Shown: positions 28,035 to 38,407 of the stretch, in pieces
How positions within the stretch are numbered: position 1 is the first letter of the stretch
Layout of the letters: every line of letters starts with the position of its first letter
DNA from: an uncultured Pseudomonas sp.
GTDB lineage: Bacteria; Pseudomonadota; Gammaproteobacteria; Pseudomonadales; Pseudomonadaceae
Length of the DNA stretch: 51,327 bases
Direction: 5' to 3'
NCBI GenBank assembly: GCA_964543555.1
Contig: CAZIZA010000001.1
Span: 1-51,327 of the forward strand
The notes under the pieces: generated by a model
What the model saw: only the letters and a program-made list of their open reading frames with translations
What the model was told of the DNA's origin: nothing
Database searches by the model: none
Position numbers and translations under genes: made by a program

Positions 28035-28922
28035 ATGAAGACGCCCAAACGTATTGAACCCCTGGTCGAAGACGGCCTGGTGGACGAGGTGCTGCGACCA
28101 CTGATGAGCGGTAAGGAAGCAGCGGTCTATGTGGTGCGCTGTGGCGACGAGCTGCGCTGCGCCAAGGTCTACAAGGAAGCCAACAAACGCAGCTTTCGCC
28201 AGGCTTCCGAGTATCAGGAAGGCCGCAAGGTACGCGGCAGCCGCCAGGCGCGGGCCATGGCCAAGGGCAGCAAGTACGGGCGCAAGGAGCAGGAAAGTGC
28301 ATGGCAGAATGCCGAGGTCGCTGCGTTGTTCCGTTTGGCCAATGCCGGCGTGCGAGTCCCCAAACCCTTCGACTTTCTCGACGGCGTACTGCTGATGGAG
28401 CTGGTGGGCGACGGTGAAGGGGATGTGGCGCCACGGCTCAATGACGTCGACCTGCATCCGGACGATGCCCGCGAGTTCCACGCCTTCATGATCCAGGAAA
28501 TCGTCAAGATGCTCTGTGCCGGCCTGGTGCATGGTGACCTGTCGGAATTTAACGTGCTACTTGGCCCCGACGGTCCGGTGATCATCGACCTGCCGCAAGC
28601 CGTGGACGCCGCCGCCAACAACCACGCCTTCAGCATGCTCGAGCGGGACGTGCGCAACATGGCCGAATACTTCGGTCAGTTCGCCCCCGAACTCAGATAC
28701 ACCAAGTACGCCAAGGAAATGTGGGCACTCTACGAGGCCGGCAAACTGCAGCCCGATACGCAACTGACCGGCGAGTTCGCCGAACCCGAAGATGCCGCCG
28801 ATATCGATGCGGTGATGCGCGAAATCAAGGCTGCCCTGGCCGAAGAGGCGAAGAAGCAGGCGCTGCGCAACGCCGAAGACGAACCTAAGGATGCCGAACC
28901 AATCCCGCCCTGGATGCGCTGA
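28035..28922 (+). CDS. RIO1-like atypical kinase (PA4780 family)
   Basis: SGKEAAVY, CAKVYK, LLMELVG, HGDLSEFNVL and IIDLPQAV. Confidence 0.88.
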   Translation: MKTPKRIEPLVEDGLVDEVLRPLMSGKEAAVYVVRCGDELRCAKVYKEANKRSFRQASEYQEGRKVRGSRQARAMAKGSKYGRKEQESAWQNAEVAALFRLANAGVRVPKPFDFLDGVLLMELVGDGEGDVAPRLNDVDLHPDDAREFHAFMIQEIVKMLCAGLVHGDLSEFNVLLGPDGPVIIDLPQAVDAAANNHAFSMLERDVRNMAEYFGQFAPELRYTKYAKEMWALYEAGKLQPDTQLTGEFAEPEDAADIDAVMREIKAALAEEAKKQALRNAEDEPKDAEPIPPWMR

Positions 28923-28950
28923 ACAGCGCTTATGGGGGCAGTGCCCTGCA

Positions 28951-29010
28951 GTAGCCCGGATCAAATCCGGGGTGTTTTTCGCAGCCTCCCCCGGGCTGCG
29001 TCCGGGCTAC
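28951..29010. repeat. Inverted GTAG-type REP pair
   Basis: GTAGCCCGGATCAAATCCGGG ... CCCGGGCTGCGTCCGGGCTAC. Confidence 0.8.
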
Positions 29011-29438
29011 AAGGTGCTTTCGTGCGCGCAACTCGATGCGCCGCAGCTCACGCCCTGTTCGATACCTTTGAGGATCGGGCAGTCAGGCCGGTCGTTGCCC
29101 TGGCAACTGGCCGCCAGCTCCACCAGCGTATCGCGCAAGGCCGTCATCTCGGCAATCTTGCGCTCCAGTTCGGCGATATGTTCTTCGGCCAGCGCCTTTA
29201 CATCGGCACTGGCGCGCTGCTTGTCCTGCCAAAGCGCCAGCAGCTTGCCGACTTCCTCCAGGGAAAAGCCCAGATTCCGCGCCTGCTTGATAAAGGCCAG
29301 ACGGTGCAGATCGGTTGCGCTGTATTGCCGATAACCACTCTCCGACCGTCCGGCTTGGGGCAGCAGGCCGATGGATTCGTAGTAGCGGATCATCTTGGCA
29401 CTGAGGCCGGTGTGCCTGGCGGCTTGGCCAATGTTCAT
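29007..29438 (-). CDS. cueR: Cu(I)-responsive MerR-family regulator
   Basis: [25 protein letters not shown]; metal-binding loop [12 protein letters not shown]; overlaps the copA stop. Confidence 0.93.
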   Translation of the reverse strand: MNIGQAARHTGLSAKMIRYYESIGLLPQAGRSESGYRQYSATDLHRLAFIKQARNLGFSLEEVGKLLALWQDKQRASADVKALAEEHIAELERKIAEMTALRDTLVELAASCQGNDRPDCPILKGIEQGVSCGASSCAHESTL

Positions 29439-31804
29439 GCTCGCGGTCTCCAGCGATTGAGCAGCAGGGCGTTGCTTACCACGCTGACGCTGGACAGCGC
29501 CATGGCGGCGCCGGCGAGCATCGGGTTGAGCAGGCCGGCGGCGGCTAGCGGTATGCCAACCAGGTTGTAGATGAAGGCCCAGAACAGGTTTTGTCGGATC
29601 TTCGCGTAGGTGCGCCGGCTGATATCCAGTGCTGCCGGGACCAGGCGCGGGTCGCCGCGCATCAGGGTGATGCCGGCCGCGTGCATGGCGGCATCGGTAC
29701 CGCCGCCCATGGCGATGCCGACGTCCGCTGCGGCCAGCGCTGGCGCGTCGTTGATGCCGTCGCCCACCATGGCGACGGCGCCGTGTTGGCGCAGCTCTGC
29801 AATCAGGCGTGCCTTGTCCGCCGGTAGCACCTGGGCGTGGGGTTCGTCGATACCCAGCGCGCTGGCCACGGCCGCGACGCTGCCGGTGTTGTCGCCGCTG
29901 ATCAGGTGGCTGGTGATGCCCTGTTCGCGCAGCTCGGCGATAGCCTCGGCGGCGCCGGCCTTGAGCCTGTCGCCGAAGGCCAGCAGGCCGAGCAGGCGTG
30001 GTGTCTCGCCGGTTTCGATCAACCAGGACAGAGTGCGGCCTTCGGTTTCCCAATCATGCGCGGATTGCTCCAGTGCACCCATGGGCAGGTGCTGTTCCTG
30101 TAACAGGCGGCTGCTGCCCAACTGCAGGGTGCGGCCTTCGACCTCGCCGGCGATGCCGCGTCCGGCCAGCGCGTGGCTGTCGTTCAGCGTCGGTAGGGCG
30201 ATAGCGCGTTCGTCGCAGCCTTGCAGCACGGCCTTAGCCAGCGGGTGTTCGCTGCCCTGTTGCAGGCCGCCGGCCAGGCGTAGCAGCTCTGCTTCGCTGG
30301 CCTCTGCCAGGCCGATATGAACGATGCGTGGTTTGCCTTCGGTAAGGGTACCGGTCTTGTCGAAGGCGATGTGTTGCACGGCATGCGCCACCTCCAGCGC
30401 TTCGGCGTCCTTGATCAGAATGCCGTGGCGCGCGGCGACGCCGGTGCCGGCCATGATCGCGGTCGGCGTGGCCAGGCCCAGGGCGCAGGGACAGGCGATC
30501 ACCAGCACGGCGACGGCATTGAGCAGGGCGCCTTGCAGCGATGCCCCGAGCGCCAGCCAGCCCATCAGCGTGGCCAGGGCGATCAGCAGCACGGTCGGGA
30601 CGAACACCTGGCTGAGCTTGTCCACCAGCTTCTGGATCGGCGCCTTCGCAGCCTGGGCGTCCTCCACCAGGCGGATGATGCGCGACAGCACGGTTTCCGC
30701 GCCAAGGGCCGTGGTTTCAACCAGCAGGCGCCCTTCACCGTTGATAGCGCCGGCGGTGACCTTGTCACCTGGCTGCTTGGCCACCGGCAGACTCTCACCG
30801 CTGATCAGCGCTTCGTCGGAGTGGCTGCTGCCTTCCAGCACCTGACCGTCAACCGGGAAGCGTTCACCGGGTTTGACCACAATGCAGTCGCCCAATGCCA
30901 GGGCGTCGATGCCGACGCGTTCCTCGCGGCCATCGATCAGGCGTAGCGCATACTCCGGGCGTAACGCCTGCAGGGCGCGGATGGCGCTGGCAGTCTGGCG
31001 CTTGGCGCGGCTTTCCAGGTATTTGCCGAGCAGGATCAGGCTGATGATCACCGCCGAGGTCTCGAAGTACAGGTGCGGCATCTGCCCGGCCGGTGTCGCG
31101 GCCCACTGGTACAGGCTCAGGCCGTAGCCGGCACTGGTGCCGATGGCCACCAGTTGATCCATATTGCCGGCACGGGCCTTAAGTGCCTGCCAGGCCGCGC
31201 GATAGAAACGCGCACCGAAGATGAACTGCACCGGCGTGGCGAGTAGACACTGTGCCCAGGCCGGCAACATCCAGTGCAGGCCGAACGGCTCGACCAGCAT
31301 CGGCAGCACCAGCGGCAGGGTCAGGGCGATCGCCAGCAGCAGGGCCAGACGTTCGTGTCGCAGGTGACGCTGGGCCTGATCGGTGGCCGGACGCTCGCCG
31401 AGCAGTTGCGCCTTATAGCCGGCGGCCACGACAGCCTTCACCGCCAACTGCGGATCGAGCCCGGCGAGTAACTGCAGGCGCGCCTTCTCGTCGACGAGAT
31501 TGACAGTGACCTGGCTGACACCCGGCAGGGTGTTCAGGGCGCGCTCGATACGGCCGACGCAACTGGCGCAGGTCATGCCCTCGATGCTCAGTTCCAGAGG
31601 CTTTCTGGGTACGCTGTAACCGGCGCCCTCGATGGTGGCGATCAACTGTGGCAGGTAGCCGGCAGGCGCTTCGATACGCGCCTGCTCATTGGCCAGGTTG
31701 ACGCTAGCGCTACTCACCTCCGGCAATTTGCGTAACGCGCGCTCGACACGACCGGCGCAACTGGCGCAAGTCATCCCCAGAATCGGCAGGTCGTAGGTGG
31801 TCAT
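29435..31804 (-). CDS. copA: Cu(I)-translocating P1B-type ATPase
   Basis: Two GMTCASC domains; [27 protein letters not shown] and MALSS. Confidence 0.95.
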   Translation of the reverse strand: MTTYDLPILGMTCASCAGRVERALRKLPEVSSASVNLANEQARIEAPAGYLPQLIATIEGAGYSVPRKPLELSIEGMTCASCVGRIERALNTLPGVSQVTVNLVDEKARLQLLAGLDPQLAVKAVVAAGYKAQLLGERPATDQAQRHLRHERLALLLAIALTLPLVLPMLVEPFGLHWMLPAWAQCLLATPVQFIFGARFYRAAWQALKARAGNMDQLVAIGTSAGYGLSLYQWAATPAGQMPHLYFETSAVIISLILLGKYLESRAKRQTASAIRALQALRPEYALRLIDGREERVGIDALALGDCIVVKPGERFPVDGQVLEGSSHSDEALISGESLPVAKQPGDKVTAGAINGEGRLLVETTALGAETVLSRIIRLVEDAQAAKAPIQKLVDKLSQVFVPTVLLIALATLMGWLALGASLQGALLNAVAVLVIACPCALGLATPTAIMAGTGVAARHGILIKDAEALEVAHAVQHIAFDKTGTLTEGKPRIVHIGLAEASEAELLRLAGGLQQGSEHPLAKAVLQGCDERAIALPTLNDSHALAGRGIAGEVEGRTLQLGSSRLLQEQHLPMGALEQSAHDWETEGRTLSWLIETGETPRLLGLLAFGDRLKAGAAEAIAELREQGITSHLISGDNTGSVAAVASALGIDEPHAQVLPADKARLIAELRQHGAVAMVGDGINDAPALAAADVGIAMGGGTDAAMHAAGITLMRGDPRLVPAALDISRRTYAKIRQNLFWAFIYNLVGIPLAAAGLLNPMLAGAAMALSSVSVVSNALLLNRWRPRA

Positions 31805-31836
31805 GGCAGGCTCTCTGTCACGATAGGCATGACGAC

Positions 31837-31867
31837 AGGATCAACCTTGACCCCATGGCAAGGTCAA
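31837..31867 (-). promoter_or_regulatory. CueR-dependent promoter of copA
   Basis: -35 TTGACC, 19-bp spacer with dyad ACCTTG...CAAGGT, -10 GATCCT. Confidence 0.85.
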
Positions 31868-31871
31868 GCCT

Positions 31872-32264
31872 TCAGTTCAGTGCAGGCGCTGCGTGCAGTC
31901 GCAGGCCGTCACTGCCCATGGCGATGCGGTAACGGCGCACTTCGCCGGCCAGCAGCTCCAGTGACTGCCCGGTGAGCTGGGTGATGCCGTCCTGGCAGCG
32001 GCCAGTGCCGGTCAGGCCCAGGCGCAACGCCACCTTGCCGGGCGGCAGGTTGAAGGACACCGACTGGCCCTGATGCAGACGTGCAGCCATCTGGTCATGC
32101 AGATACAGCGCGACCTCGCAGGTGGTGGCCACCTCCAGACGCTCGCGTGAGACGATCAGCACTGCGTAGCCTTCACCCTGGCTGGTCGAGGGTAGCGGTG
32201 CCAGCGGTTCGGCTTGAGCCAGAGGTGCCAGCAGCAGTACAAGGACGAAACGGAGTGGGCGCAT
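31872..32264 (-). CDS. Hypothetical exported protein between copA and copZ
   Basis: Signal peptide MRPLRFVLVLLLAPLAQA; two Cys; GAGGA RBS; 130 aa. Confidence 0.7.
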   Translation of the reverse strand: MRPLRFVLVLLLAPLAQAEPLAPLPSTSQGEGYAVLIVSRERLEVATTCEVALYLHDQMAARLHQGQSVSFNLPPGKVALRLGLTGTGRCQDGITQLTGQSLELLAGEVRRYRIAMGSDGLRLHAAPALN

Positions 32265-32312
32265 GGCGAGGGTCCTCAAGGGCAAACCAGGCGAATGATC
32301 GGTAGCAAGGGC

Positions 32313-32343
32313 TTGACCTTGCCACCGTGGCAAGGTCGAGACT
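32313..32343 (+). promoter_or_regulatory. CueR-dependent promoter of copZ
   Basis: -35 TTGACC, 19-bp spacer, dyad ACCTTGCCA-CCG-TGGCAAGGT, -10 GAGACT. Confidence 0.88.
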
Positions 32344-32377
32344 ACACCCATCGCCTCGTCTTTCAAGGAGTGTGCAC

Positions 32378-32575
32378 ATGCAGCAGTTCAAGGTCAGTGG
32401 AATGTCGTGCGGCCATTGCGTACGCGCCGTGACTCAGGCGATCCAGGCGCTGGATCAGGCGGCCAGGGTCGAAGTCGATCTGGCCGCAGGGCTGGTATCT
32501 GTCGAAAGCACCCTGGACGCCGCCCAGATACAGGCCGCGATCCATGAGGAAGGTTATGAGGTCACGCCTGCCTAG
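32378..32575 (+). CDS. copZ: Copper chaperone (HMA domain)
   Basis: MQQFKVSGMSCGHC, 65 aa; AAGGAG RBS; CueR box upstream. Confidence 0.92.
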   Translation: MQQFKVSGMSCGHCVRAVTQAIQALDQAARVEVDLAAGLVSVESTLDAAQIQAAIHEEGYEVTPA

Positions 32576-33216
32576 CCGTCGCGCTGCGACTCGACCCAGG
32601 GCCATTGTTTCAGCAGGCCGCGAAAGCAGCTGTCGACCATGGCTGGCGTATCGGTTTGCGCGTCGAACAGATTGGGGTCGCGCAGCCAGTCGCTGAACAG
32701 GCCAACGAGCAACGCATGCAGCGTTCGCGAAGCCAGGCGCGGGCTGATGCCGGCTTGCAGGTAGGGCTGCACCGTGGGCAGGGCGAACTGTTGTTGACAC
32801 AGGGCGATGAACTGATTGACGAAGGCCTCGTGCCGTTCCTCGGCCTCGCGCAGTTCTTCGGTAAATTCGCAACGGCGCAGCAGCACGGTGAGAATGCGCC
32901 GGCGCTGCTCGTCCAGTACCAGGTTGGCCATGGCCTCGATGCACAGATCGCGTAGCAGTTGCAGCGATGACAGACCATCGACAGCGGCCAGTTGTTCGGC
33001 CAGGGGTTCCAGCGGCAGGCGGACCTGGTTGAGCATTTCGTGGAACAGGTGGGCCTTGTTCTGAAAGTGCCAGTAGACCGCACCGCGCGTTACACCGGCA
33101 TGCCGGGCGATGTGCTCCAGGCTGGTATGGGCGACCCCGCGTTCGAGGAACAGCTGCTCGGCAGCCGCGAGGATGGCGTGGCGGGTTTTCTCCGCATCTT
33201 CTTTGGTTCGGCGCAT
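32572..33216 (-). CDS. nalD: TetR-family repressor, NalD-like
   Basis: MRRTKEDAEKTR...GVTRGAVYWHFQNKAHLF; lies between copZ and a Bcr/CflA pump, as recalled for P. aeruginosa nalD. Confidence 0.8.
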   Translation of the reverse strand: MRRTKEDAEKTRHAILAAAEQLFLERGVAHTSLEHIARHAGVTRGAVYWHFQNKAHLFHEMLNQVRLPLEPLAEQLAAVDGLSSLQLLRDLCIEAMANLVLDEQRRRILTVLLRRCEFTEELREAEERHEAFVNQFIALCQQQFALPTVQPYLQAGISPRLASRTLHALLVGLFSDWLRDPNLFDAQTDTPAMVDSCFRGLLKQWPWVESQRDG

Positions 33217-33428
33217 GGTGATCCGGGTGATAAAACTGGGCTCAGAAGCTGACGAGTTTACCGATTTTGTCCCGCTTGCTGGTGGCTACCCTGTTTTACC
33301 TGCTGCGATGCCCCTGGGTCGGAGCCGCACGATTCTGGCGAAGCATCACGCACAAGGCGCTGCAGTGGCTGGCCTTTCGTGGGCTGGGCGAACAGTGAGA
33401 TGATTAGCCGGCTAACAAATAGTCCGGA

Positions 33429-34604
33429 ATGCTCATGAACCTGCGTACCCTTCTTATTCTTGGCGCACTGTGCGCCTTTGGCCCGCTGGCCATCGATTTC
33501 TACCTGCCAAGCTTCCCGGTTCTGGCCCAGCAGTTCGCCACTGATGTCGAGCACGTGCAGCTGTCGCTGGCGGCCTATTTCGTCGGCATCGCCATTGGTC
33601 AGTTGTTCTATGGCCCGCTGGCCGATCGCTTCGGCCGGCGCGTGCCACTGTTGGTGGGCGTGGCGCTGTTCACGGCGGCATCGCTGGCGTGTGCGCGGGC
33701 AGCCAGTCTGGAGTGGCTGATCGCTGCGCGTTTCATTCAGGCGCTGGGTGGCTGCGCCGGGATGGTGATCACCCGCGCGGTGGTGCGTGACCTGTGCGAT
33801 CCGTTGGCCTCTGCCAAGGTCTTTTCGCAATTGGTGCTGGTGATGGGGCTGGCACCAATCCTGGCGCCTCTGGGGGGCGGCCTGTTGCTCAATACGTTGG
33901 GCTGGCCATGGATTTTTTACAGCCTGGCGATTTTCTCAGGGTTGTGCCTGCTGGCTGTGTTGTTCTGCTTACCGGAGACGCGCCCGCAGCATCTGCAGCC
34001 CGCGCCGCTGAGTGGGGCTTTCGGCCAGTACCGCGCGTTGCTCGGCAATGTCCCGTTCATGGGCTACAGCCTGGTTGGCGGTGTCGCCATGGCGGGGATG
34101 TTCGCCTACATCGCCGGCTCGCCCTTCGTGTTTATCGAACTGTACGGCGTGCCGGCCGAGCACTATGGCTGGCTGTTCGGCACTAATGCAGCAGGCTTCG
34201 TGGTCATGGCGCAGGTCAATGCGCGCCTGGTGCGGCGCGGTGGCCCGGTGCTGTGGTTGCAGCGCATGGTTCTGGTGTATCTGCTCAGCGCCCTGAGCCT
34301 GCTGTTGCTGGCCTGGATACAGCCGGCTCAGCTGTGGCCACTGATGATTCCGTTGTTCATCTGCGTGGCCTGTCTGGGCTGCGTGCTGCCCAATGCCACG
34401 GCCTGCGCCATGGCCGGGCAGGGGCGTCATGCCGGCAGCGCCTCGGGTCTGCTGGGCAGCATGCAGTTCAGCGTGGCGGCCAGTGCCGCGGCGCTGGTGG
34501 CTGTGCTGCATGATGGCTCGGCAGTGCCCATGGCACTGGTGATTGCCCTGTGCGGCACGGGTGCCTGCGCTATGGCCTGGTGGTGCAGGCGTTTCGTGGT
34601 CTGA
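33429..34604 (+). CDS. Bcr/CflA-family MFS efflux transporter
   Basis: GPLAIDFYLPSFP, GQLFYGPLADRFGRRVP, ARFIQALGG and YIAGSPFVFI. Confidence 0.92.
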   Translation: MLMNLRTLLILGALCAFGPLAIDFYLPSFPVLAQQFATDVEHVQLSLAAYFVGIAIGQLFYGPLADRFGRRVPLLVGVALFTAASLACARAASLEWLIAARFIQALGGCAGMVITRAVVRDLCDPLASAKVFSQLVLVMGLAPILAPLGGGLLLNTLGWPWIFYSLAIFSGLCLLAVLFCLPETRPQHLQPAPLSGAFGQYRALLGNVPFMGYSLVGGVAMAGMFAYIAGSPFVFIELYGVPAEHYGWLFGTNAAGFVVMAQVNARLVRRGGPVLWLQRMVLVYLLSALSLLLLAWIQPAQLWPLMIPLFICVACLGCVLPNATACAMAGQGRHAGSASGLLGSMQFSVAASAAALVAVLHDGSAVPMALVIALCGTGACAMAWWCRRFVV

Positions 34605-34610
34605 GCTGCG

Positions 34611-35045
34611 TCAGTTGCCGGGGTAGTCGCTGAGCACTACATCCTGCTGCTGCTTGTCCAGGCCAATCACCTGATAGGGGTCGACACGGTCGCCGTACTC
34701 CATGCCCGGAGAACCCATGGGCATGCCGGGTACGGCGGCGCCGATCAGGTCGACACGTTCGCGCAGCTTGAGAATGTCGGCAGCCGGGACGTGGCCTTCG
34801 ACGAACTTGCCGTCGATCACCCCGGTATGGCACGACGCCAGACGTGGCGGTACACCCAGCTGTTGTTTGACGGCGCTCATGTCGGTCTCGACGTGATCGT
34901 TGACGGTGAAGCCGTTGTCCTGCAAGTGACTGATCCAGGCCTTGCAGCAGCCGCAGTTGGCATCGCGGTGTACATCAATGCTCAGGGGCTCGCTGGCATT
35001 TGCCAGGCTGGTGAAGAGGCAGAGGGCGAGCAGGGAACGACGCAT
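34611..35045 (-). CDS. DUF411/CopG-like periplasmic metal-binding protein
   Basis: Signal peptide; CGCC, SCHT, EGHVPA and AVPGMPMGSPGME. Confidence 0.85.
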   Translation of the reverse strand: MRRSLLALCLFTSLANASEPLSIDVHRDANCGCCKAWISHLQDNGFTVNDHVETDMSAVKQQLGVPPRLASCHTGVIDGKFVEGHVPAADILKLRERVDLIGAAVPGMPMGSPGMEYGDRVDPYQVIGLDKQQQDVVLSDYPGN

Positions 35046-35172
35046 GGCAAGGCTCCGGGTGATTGAGCGCTGAGCATAGCGCCGCTGCCGACGTGGCCCA
35101 AGTGCTTGCGACTATGCGTCGCGATCAGGTGCGCCTATGCTGGCCCTCACGTTGATGATCAGGAGCCTGCCG

Positions 35173-35556
35173 ATGCTGTTTGCCCGAATCGTCCTGTTGA
35201 TCCAGATCGCTGCCCTGACTGGATTGGGGCTGGCGTATTTCATCCGTCCCGAGGAAATGGCCAGTTTCAGCGGCGCACTGCTGATGGGCAATGCCGCTGT
35301 GACGGAGGTGCGTGCCTATTACGGTGGGCTGCAGTTGGGGCTTGCTGCCTACCTGGTGATGGCACTGCTGCGGCTGGATCTGCTGCGCCCGGCGTTGCTT
35401 CTGCTGGTGTTGCTGTACAGCGTGCTGGCGCTGGCACGCTTTGCCGGGCTGTGGCTGGATGGCGGCGCGCAGCAGACCTTCAATCTCTACGCGCTGCTGC
35501 TCGAGGTGCTCTCGGCCGCTTTGGCCTGGTGGGCGTTGCGCGGCGTGTCACACTGA
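35173..35556 (+). CDS. Small four-TM membrane protein (DUF4345-like)
   Basis: AGGAG RBS; hydrophobic helices; EVRAYYGG motif. Confidence 0.7.
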   Translation: MLFARIVLLIQIAALTGLGLAYFIRPEEMASFSGALLMGNAAVTEVRAYYGGLQLGLAAYLVMALLRLDLLRPALLLLVLLYSVLALARFAGLWLDGGAQQTFNLYALLLEVLSAALAWWALRGVSH

Positions 35557-35558
35557 GC

Positions 35559-35603
35559 CGTAGCCCGGATGCAATCCACACCCTGGATTGCATCCGGGCT
35601 ACG
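35559..35603. repeat. Inverted REP pair forming a perfect 20-bp stem
   Basis: CGTAGCCCGGATGCAATCCA-CACCC-TGGATTGCATCCGGGCTACG; same family as 28951-29010. Confidence 0.85.
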
Positions 35604-35612
35604 AAGGGCGGT

Positions 35613-36701
35613 TCAGCGCCGTTCCAGCAGCACACCCGCTTCCATATGGTGGGTGTAGGGGAATTGGTCGAACAGGGCGCAGCGTGTCACCTTGTGGGTG
35701 TCGGCGAGCTGGGCGATGTTGGCGGCCAGGGTTTCCGGGTTGCAGGAGATGTACAGGATGCGCTCGAAACGCCGGGTCAGCTCACAGGTATCCGGGTCCA
35801 TGCCCGCGCGTGGCGGATCGACGAAGACGCTGCCGAAGTCGTAGCTTTTCAGGTCGATGCCGGCCAGGCGGCGGAACGGGCGCACTTCGTTGAGCGCTTG
35901 GGTCAGCTCTTCGGCGGACAGGCGCACCAGCTCGACGTTGTTCACGCCGTTGTCAGTCAGATTGGCCAGGGCGGCATTCACCGAGGTCTTGCTGATCTCG
36001 GTGGCCAGCACGCGACGTACGCGGGTAGCCAGCGGCAGGGTGAAGTTGCCGTTGCCGCAATACAGCTCCAGCAGATCGTCGTTACGCTCGCCAAGCACGT
36101 CATAGGCCCAGCCGAGCATCTTCTCGCACACCCGGCCATTGGGCTGGGTGAAGGCACCTTCCGGTTGGCGGTAGCGGAAGCTGCGTCCGGCCACGGTCAA
36201 TTCTTCTTCCACATAGTCGCGACCAATCACCAGGCGTTGGCCGCGTGAGCGACCGACCAGGCTGACGTTCAGCGCGGCGGCCAGCTTTTCCGCCTCGGCT
36301 TGCCAGGCCTCGTCCAGTGGGCGGTGGTAGGCCAGGGTGATCAGCGCATCGCCGGCCAGGGTGGTGAGGAACTCGACCTGGAACAGTTTGAACGACAGCG
36401 CTTCGCTGGCCTGCCAGGCAGCGCGCAGGCGCGGCATCAACTCGTTGATGCGCACGCTGGCAATGGGGAAGTCGTCGAGCAGGATAGGTGTGTGCTTATC
36501 GCCCGGCGCAAACATCGCGTAGTGGCGCTGGCCGTCTTCACGCCACAGGCGAAATTCGGCGCGCATGCGGTAGTGCTCGCGCGGTGAGTCGAACACCGCA
36601 GGCTCTGGTGCGGCAAAGGGCGCCAGCAGTTCGACCAGGCGGGCCTTCTTCTCGGCGAGTTGGGCGTCGTAGGTGGCGGGGTCGAATGCGGGGCGGCTCA
36701 T
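35613..36701 (-). CDS. trmA: tRNA m5U54 methyltransferase
   Basis: [43 protein letters not shown] and [11 protein letters not shown]. Confidence 0.95.
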   Translation of the reverse strand: MSRPAFDPATYDAQLAEKKARLVELLAPFAAPEPAVFDSPREHYRMRAEFRLWREDGQRHYAMFAPGDKHTPILLDDFPIASVRINELMPRLRAAWQASEALSFKLFQVEFLTTLAGDALITLAYHRPLDEAWQAEAEKLAAALNVSLVGRSRGQRLVIGRDYVEEELTVAGRSFRYRQPEGAFTQPNGRVCEKMLGWAYDVLGERNDDLLELYCGNGNFTLPLATRVRRVLATEISKTSVNAALANLTDNGVNNVELVRLSAEELTQALNEVRPFRRLAGIDLKSYDFGSVFVDPPRAGMDPDTCELTRRFERILYISCNPETLAANIAQLADTHKVTRCALFDQFPYTHHMEAGVLLERR

Positions 36702-36787
36702 CGGTCACTCATGCGGGCAGGAAAACGGGGCGCCATTGTAGCGGCTCCGTTGCCGGCGTGCCGTTGTCGTCGATCATTGGTGGCGCT

Positions 36788-36834
36788 GGACGCGGAGCGT
36801 CCGGGGAGGCGTTCCCACGCGGAGCGTGGGAACG
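36788..36834. repeat. Double-hairpin REP-like element
   Basis: GGACGCGGAGCGTCC and CGTTCCCACGCGGAGCGTGGGAACG share the core ACGCGGAGCGT. Confidence 0.7.
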
Positions 36835-36870
36835 ATCATGACACCTATTGCCGCCTACCTTGTGTGCTGA

Positions 36871-38163
36871 TCAGGCGAAGTAGGCCAGCTTGACCACGAA
36901 CAGGGCCGAGAGCACCCACATTGCCGGGTTCAGCTCACGCCAGCGGCCGGCCAGTACCTTGACCGCTGTCCAGGCGATGAAGCCGAAGGCGATGCCGTTG
37001 GCGATGGAGAAGGTCAGTGGCATGGCCAGGGCCGCGACCACCACCGGGGCGGCGACGGTCAGGTCGTCCCAGTCGATCTGCGCCAGGCTGCTCATCATCA
37101 ATACGGCGACGAACAGCAGCGCCGGTGCGGTGGCGTAAGCGGGCACCGAGCCGGCCAGCGGGGCGAAGAACAGGCTGAGCAAGAACAGCGCGGCGACCAC
37201 ACAGGCGGTCAGGCCGGTACGTCCGCCAGTGCTGATGCCGGCCGCAGACTCGATGTAGCTGGTGGTGGTGCTGGTGCCCAGCGCGGCACCGGCCATGGTC
37301 GCGGTGCTGTCGGCCAGCAGGGCGCGGCCCAGGCGCGGCATCTTGCCGTCCTTGTCCAGCAGGTTGGCCTTCTGCGCCACACCCACCAGGGTGCCGGAGG
37401 TGTCGAACAGGTCGACGAAGAGGAAGGCGAAGATCACGCTGATCAGGCCGATATCCAGCGCCCCGGCGATATCCAGTTGCAGCAGGGTTGGCATGAGCGA
37501 CGGCGGCATCGACACCACGCCGGGCAGCTCGGACAGGCCCAGTGCGATGGACAGCCCGGTAACCAGCAGAATGCCGATCATCACGGCGCCGGTGACCTTG
37601 CGATAGGCCAGCCCGGCGATGACGAAAAAGCCCAGGCAGGCCAGTAGCGCGCCGCCCTTGCTCATGTCGCCAAGGCCGACCAGGGTGGCCGGGTTATCCA
37701 CCACGATGCCGGCGTTCTTCAGTGCGATGATCGCCAGGAACAGGCCGATACCGGCGGCGATACCCGCGCGCAGGGCCAGTGGGATGCTGTTGATGATCCA
37801 CTCGCGGATCTTGAAGATCGACAGCAGGAAGAAGATCGCGCCGGAGAGAAACACCGCGCCCAGGGCGGTCTGCCAGCTGTAGCCCATGGTCATCACCACG
37901 GTGTAGGTGAAGAAGGCGTTGAGCCCCATGCCGGGCGCCAGGGCGATCGGGTAGTTGGCCAAAAGGCCCATGACCAGCGACCCGATGGCGGCCGCCAGGC
38001 AGGTGGCGACGAATACGGCGCCATGATCCATCCCCGTCTCGGCCAGCATATTGGGGTTGACGAAGAGGATGTAGGCCATGGTCAGGAAGGTGGTGATCCC
38101 GGCCAGGACTTCGGTGCGCACCGTGGTGTTGTGCGCATTGAGTTGGAACAGTCTTTCCAGCAT
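36871..38163 (-). CDS. NCS2/AzgA-family purine permease
   Basis: EVLAGITTFLTMAYILFVNP, APGMGLNAFF, DLFDTSGT and YIESAAG; ATG at 38163. Confidence 0.92.
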   Translation of the reverse strand: MLERLFQLNAHNTTVRTEVLAGITTFLTMAYILFVNPNMLAETGMDHGAVFVATCLAAAIGSLVMGLLANYPIALAPGMGLNAFFTYTVVMTMGYSWQTALGAVFLSGAIFFLLSIFKIREWIINSIPLALRAGIAAGIGLFLAIIALKNAGIVVDNPATLVGLGDMSKGGALLACLGFFVIAGLAYRKVTGAVMIGILLVTGLSIALGLSELPGVVSMPPSLMPTLLQLDIAGALDIGLISVIFAFLFVDLFDTSGTLVGVAQKANLLDKDGKMPRLGRALLADSTATMAGAALGTSTTTSYIESAAGISTGGRTGLTACVVAALFLLSLFFAPLAGSVPAYATAPALLFVAVLMMSSLAQIDWDDLTVAAPVVVAALAMPLTFSIANGIAFGFIAWTAVKVLAGRWRELNPAMWVLSALFVVKLAYFA

Positions 38164-38407
38164 GGTGGCTCCCCCGAGGCGCGAACGCGCCGAAAATGGT
38201 TTGCGCAAAGCAAGGCACATTGGTCCGTATGGGCCGGAAAATGGCTCGATTTCGCAAAAGCCGCGCATCATAGCAGCTAGATTTTGCCGGGTGAATTTAT
38301 GGTCTTTCCGGCCTTTTCATGACCCGGTGGACAGTTTTACCCGCGTGTCGATCTGTATGCCCTGGCCGTGGTTGTAGTGGGCAGTCTGCATGATGCATCA
38401 GGTGTGC

